Source of the DNA: an uncultured Elusimicrobia bacterium
GTDB taxonomy: Bacteria > RUG730
NCBI GenBank assembly: GCA_900321865.1
Contig: ONXP01000020.1
Span: 1-62,347 of the forward strand
Reading direction: 5' to 3'
DNA length: 62,347 bases
Shown here piece after piece: positions 37,241 through 47,603 of this stretch (position 1 is its first letter; every line of letters starts with the position of its first letter). The notes beneath the pieces are model-generated. The model did not search any database. It was not told where the DNA came from and saw only the letters and a program-made list of their open reading frames with translations. A program made the translations under genes and the position numbers.

Positions 37241-38563
37241 ATGAAAAAAAATTTTTATACATCTTTTATTTTTTCTAAATTAATAGAATGTGCTACAAAA
37301 TATAATTTTAATTTATTTTTAGTTGGCGGTAAAGTTAGAGACATTTTAATTAAAGAATTGACAAGTCACAAGGATATCGATTTATATTTTCATAACTTTT
37401 CTAGTTTTTCAATTATAAATTATGTTTTGGAAAATTGTGAAAACTTTGATCTTGATTTTGATTTTACTTTGGTTAATGAAAATTTTTATGATGCTTTATA
37501 TTTTTCTGAAAAGTTTAAAGATTTTCTAAAAAGTAATATGCCACGGCATGAATTTTTTATAAAAAAAAATCAAAGTTTTTTAACGGTGAATATCAGTATA
37601 AAATTTAATAATTTTTCTATTTCGTTTGATATAGCAACCTTTCGAAAAGAAATTTATGATTATTATGGAGCCTTGCCAAAAGTAAAATATTCACAAAATA
37701 TTTTAGATGATACTTTAAGAAGAGATATCACTATAAATTCTATTTATCTAAAATTGACAAAAGATGTTGGCATAATTGACGAATTAAACGGAATAAACGA
37801 TTTAAAAGCAAAAATAATTAGATTAAATTATAAATTTAGTTTATTAGACGATCCTACCAGGATTTTTAGAATAATAAAATTAAAATCTAGATTAAAATTT
37901 GAATTTTCATCAGCTACATTTTCAGAGTTAATTCTTGCCAAAAATAAAAAAATTTATAAAAAAATTTCAAATTATAGAATTTTTAGCGAAATAAAAAAAT
38001 TATTTTCAGAAAACAATGAAACTATAAAAAATTTTTTAAAAGATTTTGTAAAGTTGGATTTTATTAAAATTTTAGCTTCAAACTTTTCTAAAAAAAATTA
38101 TAAAAATTTTTGTTTAGATTTAAAAAATTTTGAAAACTTAAAAAACGAAACTTTATTTTTATATTTTTCTAAAAATTTTGAAAAATTGATAAATCTTGTG
38201 GAAAATAAAAAATTAAAAAACTTAAAAAAAATAAATCTTGAAGAAAATTTATGGTTTTTAAAATTTTTAATATTTTTGAAAAATCTTGAAAGTTTTGAGC
38301 TAAAAAATATTTTAAGAAGACAAACCTTCCCTTTTAATAAATTTGAAACAAAAACGATTTTAAATTTAATATTTCTCTTAAAAGCTAAAAAAAATAAAAG
38401 TTTTACAAAAAATATCTTTAATATTGAAAATAAAAATTTTCATAAAAAAGACAATATCGATTTTTTATTAATTTTAATCGTTTTTTATAAAAATAATATT
38501 ATGAAAGAAAAAATATTAAAACTATTTCAAATAAAAAAAATTGATAAATTTTTAAAAAATTAA
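37241..38563 (+). CDS. tRNA nucleotidyltransferase / poly(A) polymerase family protein (probable CCA-adding enzyme)
   Basis: The head domain has LVGGKVRDILI, KDIDLYF and RRDITINS. The C-terminal body is divergent and rich in K and N. Both tRNA genes in the window lack an encoded CCA. Confidence 0.65.
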   Translation: MKKNFYTSFIFSKLIECATKYNFNLFLVGGKVRDILIKELTSHKDIDLYFHNFSSFSIINYVLENCENFDLDFDFTLVNENFYDALYFSEKFKDFLKSNMPRHEFFIKKNQSFLTVNISIKFNNFSISFDIATFRKEIYDYYGALPKVKYSQNILDDTLRRDITINSIYLKLTKDVGIIDELNGINDLKAKIIRLNYKFSLLDDPTRIFRIIKLKSRLKFEFSSATFSELILAKNKKIYKKISNYRIFSEIKKLFSENNETIKNFLKDFVKLDFIKILASNFSKKNYKNFCLDLKNFENLKNETLFLYFSKNFEKLINLVENKKLKNLKKINLEENLWFLKFLIFLKNLESFELKNILRRQTFPFNKFETKTILNLIFLLKAKKNKSFTKNIFNIENKNFHKKDNIDFLLILIVFYKNNIMKEKILKLFQIKKIDKFLKN

Positions 38564-38588
38564 AATGAAAATATTGTAAAAATTGTAA

Positions 38589-40637
38589 TTATACCAACTC
38601 AAAATTTAAAAAAGTTCCAGCTTGCATATTTTCCGCTTTTTTAATATTGTCTATTATCAAAGTTATTTTTGGATCAAATTTATTAGCTAATAAAAAGAAA
38701 CTTTTTGCTTTTTCAAAATCATTTAAATAGCTATAACATACACCTAAATTGTTATAAATATATGGATTTTTTTGTTCAACGGTAGAAGCTTTTTCTAAAA
38801 TTTTAATAGATTCTGTGTAATTTTTTTCATTTTTTAATATTGTATACATCAAAAGCAATGTATTTATGTTTAAAGGATCTATTTTTTTTGCCATTTCTAA
38901 ATTTTGTTTGGCCTCTTTAAACATATTTTTTTTAAAATAATTAATGCTATTCGTTAAATAAAATTCGCTATAACCAGGATGAGCTAAAATAGCTTTGTTT
39001 AGAACATCTATAGATTCGTCTAAAAACCCTAATTTTTGATTAATTCTAGCAAGTTCATATAATTTCGTTGTCCTGTATAAAAAATATTTATTAGATTCTA
39101 AAATGTATTTTTTAGACTTTAATAAAGTCATCGGCGATAAAGAATTTAAATCTTTATCACAGGTTAAAATAACACTGTCAAAAAAAATCTTTTCTGATAT
39201 AAAAATTCTAGTGTTTCTAATCGTAATTATTCCTAAAACGATTAGACTAAAAATAAAAAAAATGCTTCTGTATATTAAAATATTTTTTTCATTGTAAAAA
39301 GCTTTGTTGTCAAAATAATTTAAGTTAAAATTATCTTTATATATTTTTATAATTATGGAAATTATTAGCCAAAATAAAGTCATAGTCGCAGAAATTTGTG
39401 TGGTGACATTTAGAAAATTGTCAATTATCATCCCAAAAACAGAAGTTGATAATATTAAAATTAAAAATTTTTCATCTTGAGCTTTATGATTTTTTATCAA
39501 AAACAAAACAAGTTTAAAAAATAAAAACCAAAAAATTAAATATATTATTATTCCTACAATCCCTGTTTCTGATAAAACTTGAAGCAAGAGATTATGAGCG
39601 AGATTAGCATGAGTTTTATGCTCATACATATAAATATCATCTATATATTTTCCTATATAAAATGGAGCTTTTAGATCAAATGTGCCATATCCAGAGCCAA
39701 AAATAATATTATCTTTAAAAATATCTAATCCAGTTTTATATATAATCAGCCTTTGATAAATTGATTTATTATTTTTTGATAAAGAAAAAGATTCTTTTAT
39801 TCTAGTTCTAAAATCTTTGGAAATGAAAAGAATAGAAACTAAAAAAAATATTAAAAGTAAGAATTTTACGAAAAATTTTAGATTTTTTTTATGCCAAAAA
39901 TTTTTAAAATACAAAGTAACAAAATAAATTCCAGCAAAAAATATCCCAAGCCACGAACTTCTGGTATATGTCAAAATTAATGCAAAAATTAGAGTCCCAA
40001 AAATAATTAAATAAAAAATTTTTTTAGTTTTTTTATAAAAATAAAAACAAATCGGAATAGTCATAACTAAATAGCTTGATAAAAATGTTGGATTGCCAAA
40101 GGTCGAAATTATTCTTTTTCCAAATCTTTTCATATCAATATTCCAAAAAAGCTCTATATTAAAAAATTGCAAAATGCCATACAAAGACGATAAAAATGCT
40201 GTAAAAATTGCAATTTTTAAAACATTTATCCAAAATTTTTGGTCTGGGATTATAAAAGGTAAAAAGAAAATTAAAATGCTTCTCGTAATAAGCCAGGAAA
40301 GATGAAGATCGCCTTGTAAAATAATTGCAAGAATTTGGGATTTATTTTTTAAAATTGCTAAAAAAAACGATAAAAAGCAAATCGAAAAGAATAAAAATAA
40401 AACTTTTTCTATTTTCGTAAAATTTTTAAGAAAGTTTTGCTCTTTTTTTTCTTTGTTAAAAATAAAAATAAAAAATGAAAATAAATAAACAAAAAATATT
40501 GAAAAGTAAAATAAAAGATCCTGAATGAGATAGGGATCTTTGGTAGTGTTTTTAGTAAAAAAAAGAGGGATAACGAATAAAAAAAAAGTTAATATTTGTC
40601 TTATTTTATCCATTATCCCTAAAAAATTTTTAAACAT
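38589..40637 (-). CDS. O-antigen ligase-like (Wzy_C) polytopic membrane protein with C-terminal TPR repeats
   Basis: It has about 12 TM segments and a conserved HANLAHNLLLQVLSETGIVG motif. The C-terminal ~200 aa carry TPR-like repeats (YELARINQKLGFLDESI..., YNNLGVCYSYLNDFEKAKSFF). Confidence 0.65.
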   Translation of the reverse strand: MFKNFLGIMDKIRQILTFFLFVIPLFFTKNTTKDPYLIQDLLFYFSIFFVYLFSFFIFIFNKEKKEQNFLKNFTKIEKVLFLFFSICFLSFFLAILKNKSQILAIILQGDLHLSWLITRSILIFFLPFIIPDQKFWINVLKIAIFTAFLSSLYGILQFFNIELFWNIDMKRFGKRIISTFGNPTFLSSYLVMTIPICFYFYKKTKKIFYLIIFGTLIFALILTYTRSSWLGIFFAGIYFVTLYFKNFWHKKNLKFFVKFLLLIFFLVSILFISKDFRTRIKESFSLSKNNKSIYQRLIIYKTGLDIFKDNIIFGSGYGTFDLKAPFYIGKYIDDIYMYEHKTHANLAHNLLLQVLSETGIVGIIIYLIFWFLFFKLVLFLIKNHKAQDEKFLILILSTSVFGMIIDNFLNVTTQISATMTLFWLIISIIIKIYKDNFNLNYFDNKAFYNEKNILIYRSIFFIFSLIVLGIITIRNTRIFISEKIFFDSVILTCDKDLNSLSPMTLLKSKKYILESNKYFLYRTTKLYELARINQKLGFLDESIDVLNKAILAHPGYSEFYLTNSINYFKKNMFKEAKQNLEMAKKIDPLNINTLLLMYTILKNEKNYTESIKILEKASTVEQKNPYIYNNLGVCYSYLNDFEKAKSFFLLANKFDPKITLIIDNIKKAENMQAGTFLNFELV

Positions 40638-40662
40638 AAAAATGTTTTTTTAATTAAATATT

Positions 40663-41913
40663 TTAGAAATTATAACCTATTGTTCCTCTGTATACTACGG
40701 AATCAAATTCATAAGAATTGTCATAATTATCAGTCAAACTATCAGAAATATTATAAACTATAGATCCTGCAAATTTCATAGATTTATATCTATATGCTGC
40801 ACCCAGAGTTAAAACTGTTAGAGCATATTGATCGGTATTAAAAAGATTAACATTTTCTTTTTTGTATAAAGAAGGATCTCGCCTTATTCCACATAACAAA
40901 TCTAAATTTTCTTTTAGTTTATATCTAGTGCCTAGACTGATTACACAAGTATTTTTATAACCAAGTTTTTCGTCGTTTTCATCACAAATTTTTGAAAAGT
41001 GGGCAAAATCAAAAGATAGAGCAAGAAGCATTTTTTCTGTAATATCATATCCTGCACCCAGACTGCATGTCATAGGATATTTGTAGTCTCTTTTGTATGA
41101 ATTTTTTTCTCCACCGTATTCAATCTCTTCAGCATATTTATTAAAATAAGACCAGGTACTATCTAGGTCTCCTTTTAGTTTTATTTTACATCCGGTTTTA
41201 AAAGTAAAACCTAGTTTTAATTTTTCTATAGGTTTATATATTGCCCCTAAGACTCCTTCATATCCTATGTCATCAGTTTCTTTTTTGTAATTTGTAATAT
41301 CTCTTCTATATAGCTCAGAACCATACTCATAATCATTTTCTATTGCATATATGTTTTGTTCTTCTTTCATTTGGATAATATTTAATCCTACCCCTAAAGC
41401 AATTTTTTCATTTATTTTTTTTGCTCCAGAAAGGTTATAAACTAAAAAACTATATTCATTTTTGATATTCCAAATTTGTTCCCAATTATAATTATCTATT
41501 CCTTCACCTTTCCATTTTCCAGTGCCACCACCTATGCCATATATGCCTATAGCTAAATGAATATTTTTATACTTTGTATATCCTGCAAAAAATGGAATAG
41601 TTGCTTTTACTTTTAGTTTGTCATAGTCGTTTTTGTAAAACCAATCTTCTTCATCTGTAAAAACAATCTTGCTGTCAGTTTTCGCCTTTGCATCCATAAA
41701 AAAGCAGGATGCTTCAAAACCGTTTCCTTCTAGATTAGTCAATCCTGCTGGGTTATAGTATATAGCAGTAGAATCGTCAGCAACAGCAGTAAAAGCTCCG
41801 CCAATACCGGTAGCTTCTGCCCCAGGAATCACAAAAAGTGTCCCAGCATGCAAAAAGCTAGATAAACAAAGAGAAGAAACAAGGAAAAGCTTTAAAAATC
41901 GAAAGTTTTTCAT
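40663..41913 (-). CDS. FadL/OmpP1/TodX-family outer-membrane transport protein
   Basis: A signal peptide is followed by GAEATGIGGAFTAVADDSTAIYYNPAGLTNL, the family hallmark. The body is a long beta-barrel ending ...RGTIGYNF. Confidence 0.75.
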   Translation of the reverse strand: MKNFRFLKLFLVSSLCLSSFLHAGTLFVIPGAEATGIGGAFTAVADDSTAIYYNPAGLTNLEGNGFEASCFFMDAKAKTDSKIVFTDEEDWFYKNDYDKLKVKATIPFFAGYTKYKNIHLAIGIYGIGGGTGKWKGEGIDNYNWEQIWNIKNEYSFLVYNLSGAKKINEKIALGVGLNIIQMKEEQNIYAIENDYEYGSELYRRDITNYKKETDDIGYEGVLGAIYKPIEKLKLGFTFKTGCKIKLKGDLDSTWSYFNKYAEEIEYGGEKNSYKRDYKYPMTCSLGAGYDITEKMLLALSFDFAHFSKICDENDEKLGYKNTCVISLGTRYKLKENLDLLCGIRRDPSLYKKENVNLFNTDQYALTVLTLGAAYRYKSMKFAGSIVYNISDSLTDNYDNSYEFDSVVYRGTIGYNF

Positions 41914-41935
41914 AAGAACTCCTTTAATAAAAAAT

Positions 41936-43072
41936 TTAAAATATAGAATAATATTTTCCTGGTTTTTCGTCTATAAAATTATTTATTATTAAATTAAACA
42001 AACTGTCCATTATTTCCGCAATGTCATTTTCTATATTTTCTACTATTTCGTCAAATTGTATTAATTTTTTTGATAAAATTAAATTATATATTTTTTCATC
42101 TAATTTGTTTTCAAAACTAATAGATTTATTTTCAGGTTTATTTTCTTTTCCTAAGGATTTTGAAAAATTTAATTCTAAATCAAACATATCGCCCAAAATA
42201 TCTTCTGTGCAAGTAATAAGTTTTGCACCATCTTTTATTAGTTTATTTGTTCCTCTAGATTTAGGATTGGTAATTTCTCCTGGAACAGAATAAACATTTC
42301 TGTTCTGATTCAAGGCATGCATTGCAGTAATTAAAGAGCCACTTTTTTCGTTAGCTTCTACTATTATTACTCCAGAAGCCAGACCACTAATTATTCTATT
42401 ACGAATGGGGAAATTTTTTTTGTCTGGAAATTTTTCAAAAGGAAATTCTGTTACAATAGCACTTTTTTTGTTTTCTAAAATAGCATCGTATAAATTTTTA
42501 TTTTCCAAGGGATATTGATATTTAAAGCCGCTACCTATGACACCGATAGTGGAACCAGAATTTTCCAGAACTCCTATGTGAGAATAAGCATCAATCCCTT
42601 TGGCAAGGCCACTTACGATAGTAATATTTTGCATCGAAAGCTCTTTTGCTAACATTGTAGTAACATCCCTGCCATAATATGTAGGAAATCTCGTACCGAC
42701 TATGGCTATGCATTTATTAGATAAAGATTTGACATTTCCTTTTACAAAAAGTAATGGTGGAGGATTATAAATATTTTTTAAAAGAAAAGGATAGTTGCTT
42801 GAATCAATGTCTATTAAATTTATTTTGTTTTTTTCTAAAAATTCTAATTCTTTTTCTAATAATTTATCCAAAATTTTAGTTTTTCTATTTTTAAGCAAAA
42901 AATTTTTCAAATTGTCAGAAATTTTTAATTCTAGTGGAAAAGTTTTATTTTCAGAAAAGACATCCTCTAAATCATTTTTATAAAAATTTGAAATTTTATA
43001 AAAACTAGCCTCGCCTATCATAGGAGATAGCCATAATTTTAATTTAGTTAAAAGATTTTTGTTCATTATCAA
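41936..43072 (-). CDS. dprA: DNA processing protein DprA (Smf)
   Basis: The Rossmann-like core has IAIVGTRFPTYYG, VSGLAKGIDAYSH, NRIISGLASGVIIVEA and SGSLITA. Confidence 0.88.
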   Translation of the reverse strand: MIMNKNLLTKLKLWLSPMIGEASFYKISNFYKNDLEDVFSENKTFPLELKISDNLKNFLLKNRKTKILDKLLEKELEFLEKNKINLIDIDSSNYPFLLKNIYNPPPLLFVKGNVKSLSNKCIAIVGTRFPTYYGRDVTTMLAKELSMQNITIVSGLAKGIDAYSHIGVLENSGSTIGVIGSGFKYQYPLENKNLYDAILENKKSAIVTEFPFEKFPDKKNFPIRNRIISGLASGVIIVEANEKSGSLITAMHALNQNRNVYSVPGEITNPKSRGTNKLIKDGAKLITCTEDILGDMFDLELNFSKSLGKENKPENKSISFENKLDEKIYNLILSKKLIQFDEIVENIENDIAEIMDSLFNLIINNFIDEKPGKYYSIF

Positions 43073-43377
43073 TAAAAAAAGTATTTAATATAAATATATT
43101 CCAAAAAATTAGAAATCAACATTTCTAAAAATAATACAATTAATCCCAAAAAAACAGAAACCATATCTAAATCTTTGTAGACAAAATAAATTTTTTTGTT
43201 AATTTTTTCTAAAACAAATATCGAAATTTTTTCTATTAAAATTAAAATTTTATTATCAAAAAATTTTTTAAACTTTTGTGTAAATGCATGGTAAAAAAAA
43301 GAGAAAGAAATAATTAAAAGAGAAAAGACAATAAGATTGTTTAGAATAATAAAACATAATTTTAAAAAAAATTTCAT
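43069..43377 (-). CDS. Small membrane protein of unknown function (102 aa)
   Basis: It has two or three hydrophobic segments. ATGA-type 4-nt overlaps occur at both ends, with the AI-2E gene upstream and dprA downstream. Confidence 0.4.
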   Translation of the reverse strand: MKFFLKLCFIILNNLIVFSLLIISFSFFYHAFTQKFKKFFDNKILILIEKISIFVLEKINKKIYFVYKDLDMVSVFLGLIVLFLEMLISNFLEYIYIKYFFY

Positions 43378-44492
43378 AAATTTTCTCCCTTTTCATATTT
43401 ATTAATTAACTTTTTATAATATTCTAAAGATAAACACGAGATAGGAATAGCAATTAAAAACCCAAAGAATCCAAATAATTTCCCCCAAATAGATAGAGAA
43501 AGAATTATCATTATAGGATTAATTTTCATCTTTTTGCCAATTATTTTTGGAACCAAAATTAATTCCTGCAAGGTTTGAACTATTAATATTACTATCAGGG
43601 TATATAAAATTGTTTGCCAGAGCATAACTCCAGATTGAATAGATTTTATAATTGACAAAAAAATAGCAGGAATAAACCCGAATATTTGCATATAAGGAAT
43701 AATATTTAAAAATCCAAAAAAAATGCCAAGTATTATAGCCATTGGCAATTTTATTATCAAAAAACCAGTCGTAAATAAAATTCCAACAAAAAATGCTACC
43801 AAAAATTGCCCCTTAAAGTATGAATTCATTGCATTATTGAATGTATATAAAAAATTTAATATATTTTTTTTGATTTTCATCGGAAAAAGGTTTATAAAGT
43901 CTTCTTTTATTTTTTTATAACCAAAAAGCATAAAAAATAAGTAAACTAAAATAATAAAAATTTCCGCAATCCATATAAAAAAATTGGCGGTTCCTATAAA
44001 AAGTGTCATAAGAGTAGGAAATAATTTTTTTGAAAGTTCCAAAGTGATATTTTTTAAATTTTCTTCATTGAAAAAATATATTAATGTCGAATTGTTTGTA
44101 ATATAAGTTTTTAGTTTGTTTAAATAAAATGAAATCAAAGCATTCCCAGAAATTTTTTCATCAATGACATTGTCTGTATTTGCTATTTTTATGATAATAT
44201 CGTGAACTTCTAAAAGCTCTTTTTTTATATTAGGAATTAAAAACATTATGAAAAGAATCATAAATGTTAAAAATAAAAAGATAGTGATCCAAACTGCCAA
44301 AGTTCTGCTTTTTATTATTTTTTCAAAAAATTCTACCAAAGGATTTAAAAAATAAAGTAAGAAAAGCGAACAAATAAAAGGTGTCAAAACAGGGCTTAAA
44401 TATTTTATTAAAAAAAATAATGCGAGCAGAATAATGCCAGTAAAAATAATTTTGACGGTTATATCAAAATTAAATTTTTTATTTAATATCAT
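43374..44492 (-). CDS. AI-2E family transporter (PerM/YdiK-like)
   Basis: The 372-aa protein has about 8 TM segments. The topology and the conserved C-terminal half (NIIPYMQIFGFIP...LIAIPIS) are typical of the family. Confidence 0.7.
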   Translation of the reverse strand: MILNKKFNFDITVKIIFTGIILLALFFLIKYLSPVLTPFICSLFLLYFLNPLVEFFEKIIKSRTLAVWITIFLFLTFMILFIMFLIPNIKKELLEVHDIIIKIANTDNVIDEKISGNALISFYLNKLKTYITNNSTLIYFFNEENLKNITLELSKKLFPTLMTLFIGTANFFIWIAEIFIILVYLFFMLFGYKKIKEDFINLFPMKIKKNILNFLYTFNNAMNSYFKGQFLVAFFVGILFTTGFLIIKLPMAIILGIFFGFLNIIPYMQIFGFIPAIFLSIIKSIQSGVMLWQTILYTLIVILIVQTLQELILVPKIIGKKMKINPIMIILSLSIWGKLFGFFGFLIAIPISCLSLEYYKKLINKYEKGENL

Positions 44493-45622
44493 TTATAAAC
44501 TTCTTTTAAAGCTTCAATAAATTTTTCGTTTTCTTCTTTTTTCCCTATGCTTACTCTGGCAAAACTTCTTAAATCATATTCATCCAGGGCTCTAATAATT
44601 ATTCCTTTTAAAAGCAATTTTTTAAATAATTCTTTTCCGCCTAGACTTCCAGCATGAAACATAATAAAATTTGCACTGGTTTCAAAAAATTTTATGTTCA
44701 ATTTTTTAAATTCTTCGTATAAATATTTTTTCCCTTTTTCTATCATTTCTAAGGATTTTGTTATATGTTCATTGTCTTCTAAAGAAATTTTGGCAATATT
44801 TTGGGCAATAATATTTACATTAAAAGGAGGCTTTATTCTATTAATCGTATCAATTATCCCTTTATCGCCTATTAAATATCCTATTCTTAGGCCTGCCAAG
44901 GCATGAAGTTTGGAAAAAGTTCTAGATACTAAAAGATTAGGAAACTCATTTAAAAGTTCTAAAGATTTAGGATAACCACTAGACTTATATGCAAATTCCA
45001 AATATGCCTCGTCTAAAAAAACTAAAACATTTTCTGGAATATTTTGTAGGAAATTTTTTAATTCTTTTTCTGCAACAAAAGTGCCTGTAGGATTGTTTGG
45101 ATTGGATATAAAAACAATTTTCGTTTTTTCTGTTATTAAACTCGCCATATTTTTTAGATCAACTTTATAAAAATCTGTCATTTTTGAAAATAAAGTTTTG
45201 GCACCCATTAAATCTGCTGCCATTTTATATCTCACAAAGGAATGTTCTGACATTATAATTTCGTCATCTTCTGTCAAAAAAGTTTTCCCCATTAATTCTA
45301 TTACTTCATCAGATCCATTTCCAAACAAAAAATTTTCTTCTGGAATATTTAATTTTTTTGACAAGGCTTGCCTTAAAACAAAAGAATTGCTGTCAGGATA
45401 TCTATAAATATTTTTTAACATTTCGGGAATTTCGTTAATTATTTTTTCTGAAACTCCTAAAGAATTTTCATTAGAGGCTAGTTTATAGACTTCAGTGAAA
45501 TTTAATTCTCTTTTTAGTTCGTCAATAGGTTTCCCCGGGACATAAGGCTCAAAAGATAAAACTTCTTTTCTAGTTATTTTTCCTAAAATTTCTTCATTAA
45601 ATTTTTTCATTTTTATTTCCAT
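44489..45622 (-). CDS. hisC: Class II pyridoxal-phosphate aminotransferase, histidinol-phosphate aminotransferase-like
   Basis: YPDSNSFVLRQAL, NPNNPTG, the RTFSKLHALAGLRIGY PLP-lysine motif and RVSIG are present. No other his genes are nearby, so the substrate is uncertain. Confidence 0.65.
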   Translation of the reverse strand: MEIKMKKFNEEILGKITRKEVLSFEPYVPGKPIDELKRELNFTEVYKLASNENSLGVSEKIINEIPEMLKNIYRYPDSNSFVLRQALSKKLNIPEENFLFGNGSDEVIELMGKTFLTEDDEIIMSEHSFVRYKMAADLMGAKTLFSKMTDFYKVDLKNMASLITEKTKIVFISNPNNPTGTFVAEKELKNFLQNIPENVLVFLDEAYLEFAYKSSGYPKSLELLNEFPNLLVSRTFSKLHALAGLRIGYLIGDKGIIDTINRIKPPFNVNIIAQNIAKISLEDNEHITKSLEMIEKGKKYLYEEFKKLNIKFFETSANFIMFHAGSLGGKELFKKLLLKGIIIRALDEYDLRSFARVSIGKKEENEKFIEALKEVYK

Positions 45623-46113
45623 TTAATTTGTGAACAATTTTCATTGGTTTCAAAAGTCTCATATATCGTGTGCATTAATTCACTAGGCTTAAACCATAAT
45701 TTTATTTCTTTTTCTGCATCTTCTTGAGAGCTGGATGCATGAATTACATTTTCATAGTCGCCTTTGGTCGTTATTCTGCCAAGAGAGCCTCTGATGGATG
45801 TAGGGGAGGCTTCTTCCGGATTAGTAGAGCCTGCTACTTTTCTGATAATTTCTATACAATTTTCGCCTTCATAAACCATAGCAAAAATACAATCTATGCC
45901 ATAACTTTGACCCATTATATAGTCTATTACTTCTTTGAAAAAAGGCTTGTTTTTTAGATTTGAATAATGTTCCTTTGCTAAATCCTCTGTAACTTTTACA
46001 GGTTTTATGGCAACTATTTTGATATTTTGTTCTGATAATTTATTTATAATATTTCCTAAAAGATTTTTTTTAACAGCATCAGGCTTTATTAAAACTAGGC
46101 TTTGCTCTATCAT
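45613..46113 (-). CDS. ndk: Nucleoside-diphosphate kinase
   Basis: SLVLIKPDAV, PFF, the IRGSLG segment and the active-site NVIHAS are present. There is a ~20-aa C-terminal extension. Confidence 0.85.
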   Translation of the reverse strand: MIEQSLVLIKPDAVKKNLLGNIINKLSEQNIKIVAIKPVKVTEDLAKEHYSNLKNKPFFKEVIDYIMGQSYGIDCIFAMVYEGENCIEIIRKVAGSTNPEEASPTSIRGSLGRITTKGDYENVIHASSSQEDAEKEIKLWFKPSELMHTIYETFETNENCSQIKWK

Positions 46114-46232
46114 TTTTCCTCCTAAAATTTAATTCAAAAAAGTATAACAAAATTAATATAAAAAGTAATTAAAAAAATTGAAAAAAAATTGTTTAAATTA
46201 TAGAATATCGATTATTTTTTGGGGAGCTTGTT

Positions 46233-47603
46233 TTGGATTTTATAGATCCTTTGAGCATTTGGGATGCAGTGATAGCCTTTCTATCGACTAAACTTAAAAA
46301 AGAAGACGTTGATCTTTGGTTTACCGATGTAAAATTAATTAGCCTTGAGAATAATATTTTAAAAATTTCTGTTCCTAATAAATTTTTTCAAGAATGGATA
46401 GAGACTAATTGTTCTTTGCTTTTTCAGAATTATTTTTATTCAAATTTTGGCATAGATATAAAAATCAAATACGAAATAAATACTAAAAAGTTAGAGGATG
46501 TTTTGTCTCTAGAATACGAAAATTTTTCAGAAAAAAATTATAAAAAATATAAAAAAAAGCCAGCTTTTTCCTTTAATGATCAATACACATTTCAATCTTT
46601 TGTGATAGGAAAGATGAATAATTTTGCTTATGCTGTTAGCGAGGCAGTAGCCAAAGATCCTGGAAATTGTTATAACCCTCTATTCATTTATGGAGGAGCA
46701 GGGCTTGGGAAAACGCATCTTTTGCATGCAATAGGTAATTATATTTTGGGAGATAACCCAGGTAGTAATATTTTATACACTACTGCTGAAAAATTTATGA
46801 ATGAATTGGTCTCTTCTCTTAAAAATAATCAAAATTTAGAATTTAAACAAAAATATAGAAATGTAGATGTTTTGTTGGTTGATGATGTGCAATTTTTATC
46901 TGGAAAGGAAAGCACTCAAGAGGCTTTTTTTCACACATTTAATGAACTTCACGAGAAAAAAAAGCAGATAGTTTTATCTAGCGATGTTATTCCTAAAAAA
47001 ATTCCAGATCTGGCAGAAAGGCTTTGTTCTAGATTTGAATGGGGTGTAGTAGCTGAAGTAAAATCACCTGATTATGAAACTAGGCTTGCGATTTTAGAAA
47101 AAAAAGCTTCACTTTTAATTAAAAATAAAAAAATTCCTAAAGATGTTTTTGAATATATAGCTAATAAAATCAAAGCAAATATTAGAAGATTAGAAGGATC
47201 TTTGAATAGAATTTTAGCATATTCTAAAGTGTCTAAAAAAGACATAGATATAAATTTGGCAAAAATAGTTCTAAGCGATGTAGAAACAGAAATTTTGCCT
47301 AGTCAAATGATAAATATTAAAGATATACAAGAAATAGTCGCAAAATTTTATAATATTAGAGTAGATGATATGCTTAGTAAAAAAAGAAGTGCAAATATAG
47401 CCCAACCTAGACAAGTTGCTATTTATATAGCTAGAGAAATGTTGATCAACATGTCGATTACAGAAATAGGGAGAAATTTTGGCGGGCGCGATCATACGAC
47501 TGTTATGCATGCATATAAAAAAATTAGCGAAAAAATAAAAAAAGATCCGTATTTTAATTCTTATGTAAATAAAATAATTAGCAAAATTAGAGAAAATTCT
47601 TAG
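46233..47603 (+). CDS. dnaA: Chromosomal replication initiator DnaA
   Basis: AAA+ Walker A is GGAGLGKTHLL and Walker B is LLVDDVQF. The domain IV DNA-binding helix is RQVAIYIAREM...GGRDHTTVMHA. The start is TTG, 6 nt after GGGGAG. Confidence 0.93.
   Translation: MDFIDPLSIWDAVIAFLSTKLKKEDVDLWFTDVKLISLENNILKISVPNKFFQEWIETNCSLLFQNYFYSNFGIDIKIKYEINTKKLEDVLSLEYENFSEKNYKKYKKKPAFSFNDQYTFQSFVIGKMNNFAYAVSEAVAKDPGNCYNPLFIYGGAGLGKTHLLHAIGNYILGDNPGSNILYTTAEKFMNELVSSLKNNQNLEFKQKYRNVDVLLVDDVQFLSGKESTQEAFFHTFNELHEKKKQIVLSSDVIPKKIPDLAERLCSRFEWGVVAEVKSPDYETRLAILEKKASLLIKNKKIPKDVFEYIANKIKANIRRLEGSLNRILAYSKVSKKDIDINLAKIVLSDVETEILPSQMINIKDIQEIVAKFYNIRVDDMLSKKRSANIAQPRQVAIYIAREMLINMSITEIGRNFGGRDHTTVMHAYKKISEKIKKDPYFNSYVNKIISKIRENS

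Noticed and set aside
46114-46232. I considered the dnaA upstream spacer as the origin.
   Set aside because: It is only 119 bp and mostly promoter and RBS for dnaA. I found no cluster of DnaA-box-like motifs there, only one weak AGTATAACA. The dnaN upstream spacer is a better candidate.
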